Shown here: one piece after another, positions 58,708 to 64,000 of the stretch
Numbering within the stretch: the first letter of the stretch is position 1
How the letters are laid out: each line of letters begins with the position of its first letter
Origin: an uncultured Candidatus Rokubacteria bacterium
GTDB taxonomy: Bacteria; Methylomirabilota; Methylomirabilia; Rokubacteriales; DASRDR01
DNA: 64,000 bases
Reading direction: 5' to 3'
Assembly (NCBI GenBank): GCA_963708025.1
Contig: CAVPSB010000014.1
Coordinates: 96,001 to 160,000 of the forward strand
Position numbers and translations under genes: made by a program
The notes under the pieces: model-generated
Databases searched by the model: none
Seen by the model: only the letters and a program-made list of their open reading frames with translations
What the model was told of the DNA's origin: nothing

Positions 58708-60336
58708 TCACTTGCCGGTCCAGCGGACGGCCTTGAGCGACTGGTAGATGCCGCCGTAGGTCGGGATCGGAACGAAGCCCTCGTAACCCTGGCGGGTGAC
58801 GTAGACCTGCTGCTGGAAGTAGAGGAAGACGTAGGGCGCGTCCTCCATCAGGATCCGCGAGAAGTCCCCGTAGTGCTTCTTCCGCTCGGCCTGGTTCGCC
58901 GTCCGGCGGGCGGCCTCCAGCTCTTCATCGACCTTCGGGTTCTTGTAGTGGGCGAAGTTCCGGCCCTTCCACTGGCTCGAGTGCCAGATGGTGTAGGCGA
59001 ACGGATCGGGATCGTGGTGGTTGGTCCAGCCGACGACGATGCCCTCGAACTCGGAGGCGAAGAGCTTCTTCACGAACGTCGGCCAGTCGAGCGGCTCGAG
59101 CCGCGCCTCGACGCCCACCTTCTTCAGGTACTCCTGGATGATGACCGCCGAGTCCTTCACCGACTGGTCGGCCTGGTCGTGACGGATCGAGAAGCTGAAG
59201 CGCTTGCCGTCCTTGACCAGGACGCCGTCGGGTCCGGGCTTCCAGCCCGCCTCGGCCAGGAGCGCCTTGGCGCGGTTCACGTCGTAGGCGTACGGCTTGA
59301 CCGTCGGGTCGAACGCCCACGACGACGGCGGGAACTGCCCGGTGGCGACCACCGCATAGCCCTGGAGCACCTCGCGGACGATCGTCGGCACGTCGATCGC
59401 GTGATTCAGCGCCCGGCGGACCCGGAGGTCGTCGAAGGGGGCGAGGTCCTGGCGCCAGCCGAAGTAGGTGTAGGAGGTGTTGTCGGTGGTCAGCACCTGG
59501 AGGCCGGATGTCTGCTTGAGGCGGCCGACCTCCTGGAGCGGCGGCCGATCGACGAAGTCCACGCCGCCGGCGCGTAGCTCCTGGAGGAGGACGACGGCGT
59601 CGGGGATCACGCGGAAGATGATCCGGTTCAGGGCCGGGCGGCCGCCGTGGTACTGGTCGTTGGCTTCCAGGACCAGACGATCACCGCGCCGCCACTCGAC
59701 GAACTTGAAGGGCCCGGTGCCCACCGGCTTCCGGTTGAACTCCGCGGTGTTCAGGTCCTGGCCCTTGAGCACGTGCTCGGGGACGATGCCGGCCCGCGGG
59801 TTGACCAGGACGGCGAGGAAGGCGCCCGACGGGTAACGCAGGCGGAACCGGACGGTGTGATCGTCGAGGATCTCGATGGGCTTGACCGCCAGCTCCTCGG
59901 GCTTCCTGGGGTTGTCCTTGTTGGTCAGCTCGGGAAAGCTCGCCAGCATGTCGAAGTAGGCGCGGTGAGGCGTGGTGACCTTGGGATCGAGCACGGAGTA
60001 GAAGGTGAAGGCCACGTCGCGGGCCGTGAAGGGCTTGCCGTCGTGCCACTTCACGCCCTTCTTGAGCTTGAACGTGTACGCGAGACCGTCCTTCGACACC
60101 TCCCACGACTCGGCGAGGAGGGGGCGGACGTTCAGCTTGTCGTCCAGCTCGACCAGGCTGTCGAAGATCGGCCACTCGGCGATGTACGACTGGCCGTCGG
60201 TCGCGATCACCGGGTTCAGCGAGGTGGCGTCCCCGGCGAAGCCGATCACCAGGTCCTTCCCGGCGGCACGGCTCTCGCTCGATCCGGCAACCACGAGGGC
60301 CAACACGACGGCAACTACCGCTCCGAGCCTTCTCAT
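58708..60336 (-). CDS. ABC family 5 solute-binding protein
   Basis: Signal peptide; GVKWHDG, PVGTGPFKF; promoter TTGACT-17-CACAAT at 60412-60384. Confidence 0.93.
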   Translation of the reverse strand: MRRLGAVVAVVLALVVAGSSESRAAGKDLVIGFAGDATSLNPVIATDGQSYIAEWPIFDSLVELDDKLNVRPLLAESWEVSKDGLAYTFKLKKGVKWHDGKPFTARDVAFTFYSVLDPKVTTPHRAYFDMLASFPELTNKDNPRKPEELAVKPIEILDDHTVRFRLRYPSGAFLAVLVNPRAGIVPEHVLKGQDLNTAEFNRKPVGTGPFKFVEWRRGDRLVLEANDQYHGGRPALNRIIFRVIPDAVVLLQELRAGGVDFVDRPPLQEVGRLKQTSGLQVLTTDNTSYTYFGWRQDLAPFDDLRVRRALNHAIDVPTIVREVLQGYAVVATGQFPPSSWAFDPTVKPYAYDVNRAKALLAEAGWKPGPDGVLVKDGKRFSFSIRHDQADQSVKDSAVIIQEYLKKVGVEARLEPLDWPTFVKKLFASEFEGIVVGWTNHHDPDPFAYTIWHSSQWKGRNFAHYKNPKVDEELEAARRTANQAERKKHYGDFSRILMEDAPYVFLYFQQQVYVTRQGYEGFVPIPTYGGIYQSLKAVRWTGK

Positions 60337-60465
60337 GCGCTGCCTCCCTTGTCCGTGCCTACTGGTCGGTAAAGTCCGGGTCGATTGTGTCGAGCCATCG
60401 CGTCCCAGTCAAGACCCGCGCCGGCGAGCCCGGATTAGCCCCGGGAGCGCGCTCGGCCCCGCCCG

Positions 60466-62642
60466 CTAGGCGTAGGGGGCGAGGGCGGTCTGCTGCATGC
60501 CGGTCGCCTCGACCCGCCCGGCGGCGACCTCCGTGGCCAGCCGCTTCAGGAGGGCCCGTCCATCCCGGCTCGACTCGCACACGACCACGAGCCGCTGGAA
60601 GGTGAAGTCGTCGTGCGCCACGTGCAGCAGGTGCTCCGGAGGCCAGCCGTGCCGGATGAAGCGCTCGATGAGCCCCCGCCGCAGCCGCTCGCGCGGGTCG
60701 CCGTCGCGCCAGCGGGCCACGGTGGGGAGGCGTGAGGACAGGAGCTTCCACGCCTCCGCCGGGAGCTCGTCGCCGGCCGCCGCCTTGTAGACGGGATCGA
60801 AGGCGCGGGCCACCAGCGCCTCGGCGCCGGGACCGGCGTTGTCGAACCCGAGGGCCAGCAGATACGCCATCAGCCCGAGACAGGCCGGCCGGTCCAGCGC
60901 CGTCTCGAGCCCCTCGGTCGCTCGCAGCCACACGTCGGCGCCGATCCGCCGCGCCTCGGACGAGTGGGGATCGAGGAGGCTCGCCACCAGGGCCACGGTC
61001 CAGGGGCGGGCCCCGGCGGCCCCGATGAGCCAGTCCGCCACCTCCGCCGGCCGATCCTCGAGCAGCCGCCGCCAGCCGGGGGGCCGCTCGGTGATGTCAG
61101 GGGGCCGCTCCGCGCCGTCCAGCCAGTCGAGGGTGCCGGCGACCGTGAGCGGCTCCGCGCCGCGGGCGGCGACCTCGTGCGTCGCCGCCGCTCCGGCGCG
61201 GGGCATCTCCCTTGACCCGGCCCGCGGCGGCTCGACCCGGACGAGCTTGGGGTCGGGGAAGGGGCCCGTGTCGCGACTGCCCACCAGGGTTCGGGGGGGC
61301 GGCGCGAGCGGGGGCGGGGGCGGGCGGCGGCGGGGGCGCGGCCAGCGAGGGATTGCGCAGCGTGAGCTCGGCGATCAAGCGCGGACTCCGCGCACGGATC
61401 ACCGGCGCATCCGCCGGCCCGAGGGCCTCGGCGAGGCCGCTCAGGATCTCGGCGCCCAGCCGGGTCGGCGGCCCCGCTTCGGCCACGTCCTGCCCGAGCC
61501 GGAGCGCTTCGGGCGGCTGCGTCTTCCACAACACCATCGTCCGCTGCTTGACCCCGAGAGCCTCGGCGTCCAGCCCCGCGTGCTCGGCCGTCGCGGCCAG
61601 GGCTCGGAGCAGGTCGCCTTCCGGGAGCGAGGGGAGCAGGGGCGGCTCCCCGGTCAGCCGGTCGCCGAAGAGCGCTGCCTTCAGGCGGCGGGCCTCGTCC
61701 GGCGCGCGGAACCGCGAGCCGACCGAGTCGACGAGTGCCCCCAGCGGCAGCCGGCCCTGGCGGACCGGCTCGATCTGGGTCGCGATCTCGACGAGGGCCG
61801 GGAAGACCGCCCGCCCGGCGGCCACCTCCTTGCCGAACTCCCACAGGAACTGCCGCACCTGTCCGTCCGACTCGCCCACGAGGTCCCGGGCCGCCTCGTC
61901 GGCCCACGGCGGGATCGCGCCGGATCCCGGCTCCTCGCCCCGGCGGGCGGCGAGGATCACGACGGCCTCGGCGTCCCGATCGCGCTGGAGCTGGCGCCTC
62001 ATGGCGGAAGGGACGACCTGGAGGTCGAAGGGGTCGCCTTCGAGCGCGCGAGGGGTGAGGGCCCACGTGCAGAAGTCGAGCGTCCGCCGGAGCCGCGGCC
62101 AGGCTTGACTCCAGACGGCCAGCACTAGATCTTCCACGCGCTCCGGGCCATCCGCGACGAGCCACGCCGGACCGTCGGCCCGGCCGTAGAGCGCCGCCAG
62201 CACCCGCGCGGCGTCCCGCTCGGAGTACGACCGGGCGGGCGGGCGGCTCGGGGCTGGACGGCGAGGGCGGGAGGATGACCGCCTGGCCGTACGCCTGCCA
62301 GGACTCGCCGCGCCGGGGCCGGCGGAAGAGGGTCCGGAGGCTCGCCAGGTCCGGGATGCGCGCGAGGTCCGTGACGTCGATGAGCAGCGTGTGGGTGAAG
62401 ACGCATCCCGGCCGGTTCAGCTCGGTCGCGAGCCAGGTCCGGGCGAGCGCGTAGGCGCCGGCGCCCGGAACCGCCCAGCCGGTCAGGTAGCTGTCGAAGA
62501 GCCCGGCGGTGGGCGGCCCGGAGATGTCCGTCAGCATCAGGAGGGCTCGCTCGGCCTCGCGCGGGAAATTGCGGGAGGCCGCCAGCAGCCGGTGACCGTC
62601 CGAGTAGCCGTGCAGCGTCTGGTGCAGCTTGACCGCGCTCAG
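60466..62642 (-). CDS. GAP1-N1-domain (GTPase-associated protein 1-like) protein, frameshifts near 62225 and 61300; start uncertain (62642-62695)
   Basis: LHQTLHGYSDGHRLLAAS..LTDISG..SYLTG..YALARTW..RPGCVFTHTLLI; later LAVWSQAWPRLRRTLDFCT. Confidence 0.8.
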
Positions 62643-62691
62643 GTCGGGATCTCCCGCCCGGAGGCCTCGGGTGGGAGGCCGCCGAGCGAAG

Positions 62692-63561
62692 TCAATTGGC
62701 CCAGCCCTTGGTCCCGCCCATCAGCCAGGTCACCGGCGCCGTCAGGTCGTGGGCCCGGCTCTCGTCGCCGACCACGACGATCCGCTCCGCCGGCATCGGC
62801 TTGCTGAGGAGCCGGTCGCCGTCGCGCCCCAGGTCGCCGCCCTGGGCGCTGATCCCGTAGATCCGGGTGGTGTAGCACTCGGGGTTGCCGCGGAGGTGCT
62901 GGTCGAGCAGCGGCAGCCGAGCCGCCAGCCAGGCGGCCGGCGTGGCCGCGCGCGAGGCGACCAGGTCCCAGGCCGACACGACGACGGCGACCCGCACATG
63001 CGGCAGCCCGATCGGCTCCCGGACGAGGAACTGGAGCAGCTCCACGAGCTTCACCTGCGTCGGGGCCCGGTCGGCGTCCCAGGGCGACGGCGCATCATCC
63101 TCGTCGTCGCCGCGGAGCGGGCCGACCTCGGCGACGATCGGCGCCACCTCGTCGATCCCCACCGGCTCGAGGACCGTGCCGGGGTGCACGAACAGGAGAA
63201 CCCCCGACGCCGCCCGCGCCAGCTCGTAGTGCGCGCGGGAGCACCGGCGCTCCTTCCACTGCAGGTTGAACAGCTCACCCGACATGTCGGGGAAGTAGAC
63301 GTCGGTCCGCTCCGTCCCGTCCGTGGACACCAGCTTCATCGACACGATCGTGTCCGACCCGATGGGCGTGCGCTCGACCGGGCGGCACGAGAGCCAGTCG
63401 CTGGAGATCCGGTTGAGGTGTTCCTTGTTGCCGTGGAGTCGATCCAGGCGGAGCGAGGTGGGGACCTCGGCCCAGACGACGAGATACCACAGCGCGGACA
63501 GGAAGGTGGTCTTGCCGCTTCCCGGCAGTCCCAGCACGAGCTGCCTGCTCTCGGGCGGCAT
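62692..63561 (-). CDS. TRAFAC-clade GTPase (double-GTPase type)
   Basis: G1 GLPGSGKTT, G2 ERT, G3 DMSGE, G4-like SAWD, G5 GISAQGG. Confidence 0.85.
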   Translation of the reverse strand: MPPESRQLVLGLPGSGKTTFLSALWYLVVWAEVPTSLRLDRLHGNKEHLNRISSDWLSCRPVERTPIGSDTIVSMKLVSTDGTERTDVYFPDMSGELFNLQWKERRCSRAHYELARAASGVLLFVHPGTVLEPVGIDEVAPIVAEVGPLRGDDEDDAPSPWDADRAPTQVKLVELLQFLVREPIGLPHVRVAVVVSAWDLVASRAATPAAWLAARLPLLDQHLRGNPECYTTRIYGISAQGGDLGRDGDRLLSKPMPAERIVVVGDESRAHDLTAPVTWLMGGTKGWAN

Positions 63562-63717
63562 CGGTCAGTCGGGCCGGGGGGGAGCTACGCGCTCCATCCG
63601 GATCGCCGCGGCGCCTCGGGCCTGCGGCCCTCGGGACGCCGCGTCCCTCCGGTGGCCCGGACCCCCCCTCCGGCTGTCCCGTCGCTCGCGCATCCGTGGC
63701 GACCGCCGCATGGCCTC

Positions 63718-64000
63718 TCAGCCGACCGGTCGCAGGGCAGGGAGCCGCCGCCAGAGGTAACGGTCGAACTCGGAGGCGCTCTCCGGCAAAGGGACCGGGA
63801 CCCGGTGCGCCGGCCCGAAGGCGGGACTGTCCTGGACCCAGGCCGCGAAGAGCTCGGCCAGCCCGTGCGCGAAGCCGAGCGGGCTCCCCGGCACCGGCCG
63901 CGCGGCCACCCGGATGAAGCGGAGCCGCCCGAGTCGCTCCGCGCAGTGCTGCCGCGTCCGCTCGGTGAAGGCCGTGACGAACTGCTCCATCTCGTCGAGC
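63718..64000 (-). CDS. C-terminus of a probable second TRAFAC GTPase (partial, runs off the window)
   Basis: FIRVAARP..HGLAELFAAW resembles a GTPase G5 strand and final helix; position fits a double-GTPase operon. Confidence 0.55.
   Translation of the reverse strand, partial: LDEMEQFVTAFTERTRQHCAERLGRLRFIRVAARPVPGSPLGFAHGLAELFAAWVQDSPAFGPAHRVPVPLPESASEFDRYLWRRLPALRPVG

Noticed and set aside
33-64000. Many long Arg/Pro/Gly-rich or antisense ORFs in the ORF track
   Set aside because: Shadow frames of real genes in high-GC DNA, with no recognisable motifs.

Overview
Very GC-rich bacterial DNA. The gene repertoire (many family-5 and Trp/Tyr-type ABC solute-binding proteins, MlrC/M81 peptidases, CCCTCACCC...GGGAGAGGG repeats) suggests Candidatus Rokubacteria/Methylomirabilota; this is inference. 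Most of the window is transport and catabolism: four Dpp/Opp permease pairs, seven family-5 binding-protein genes or remnants, a sugar ABC module, oxidoreductases, hydrolases, aldolases, ald and tag. No intact ABC ATPase gene is present. Many genes carry single-base frameshifts, mostly +1, which look like long-read consensus errors. Accessory features: three toxin-antitoxin pairs (hicBA, AbrB-vapC, brnTA), a lone integron attC-like site between brnA and a truncated GIY-YIG gene, a decayed zone at 54.3-57.1 kb (IS1634 fragment, integrase remnant, gene stubs), and an exported cytochrome c'-beta/P460-amicyanin-like fusion. At the right edge is the distal part of a double TRAFAC-GTPase/GAP1-N1 putative conflict system that continues beyond the window. 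No rRNA, tRNA or CRISPR array was seen. All family assignments come from motif recognition by eye; no searches were run.
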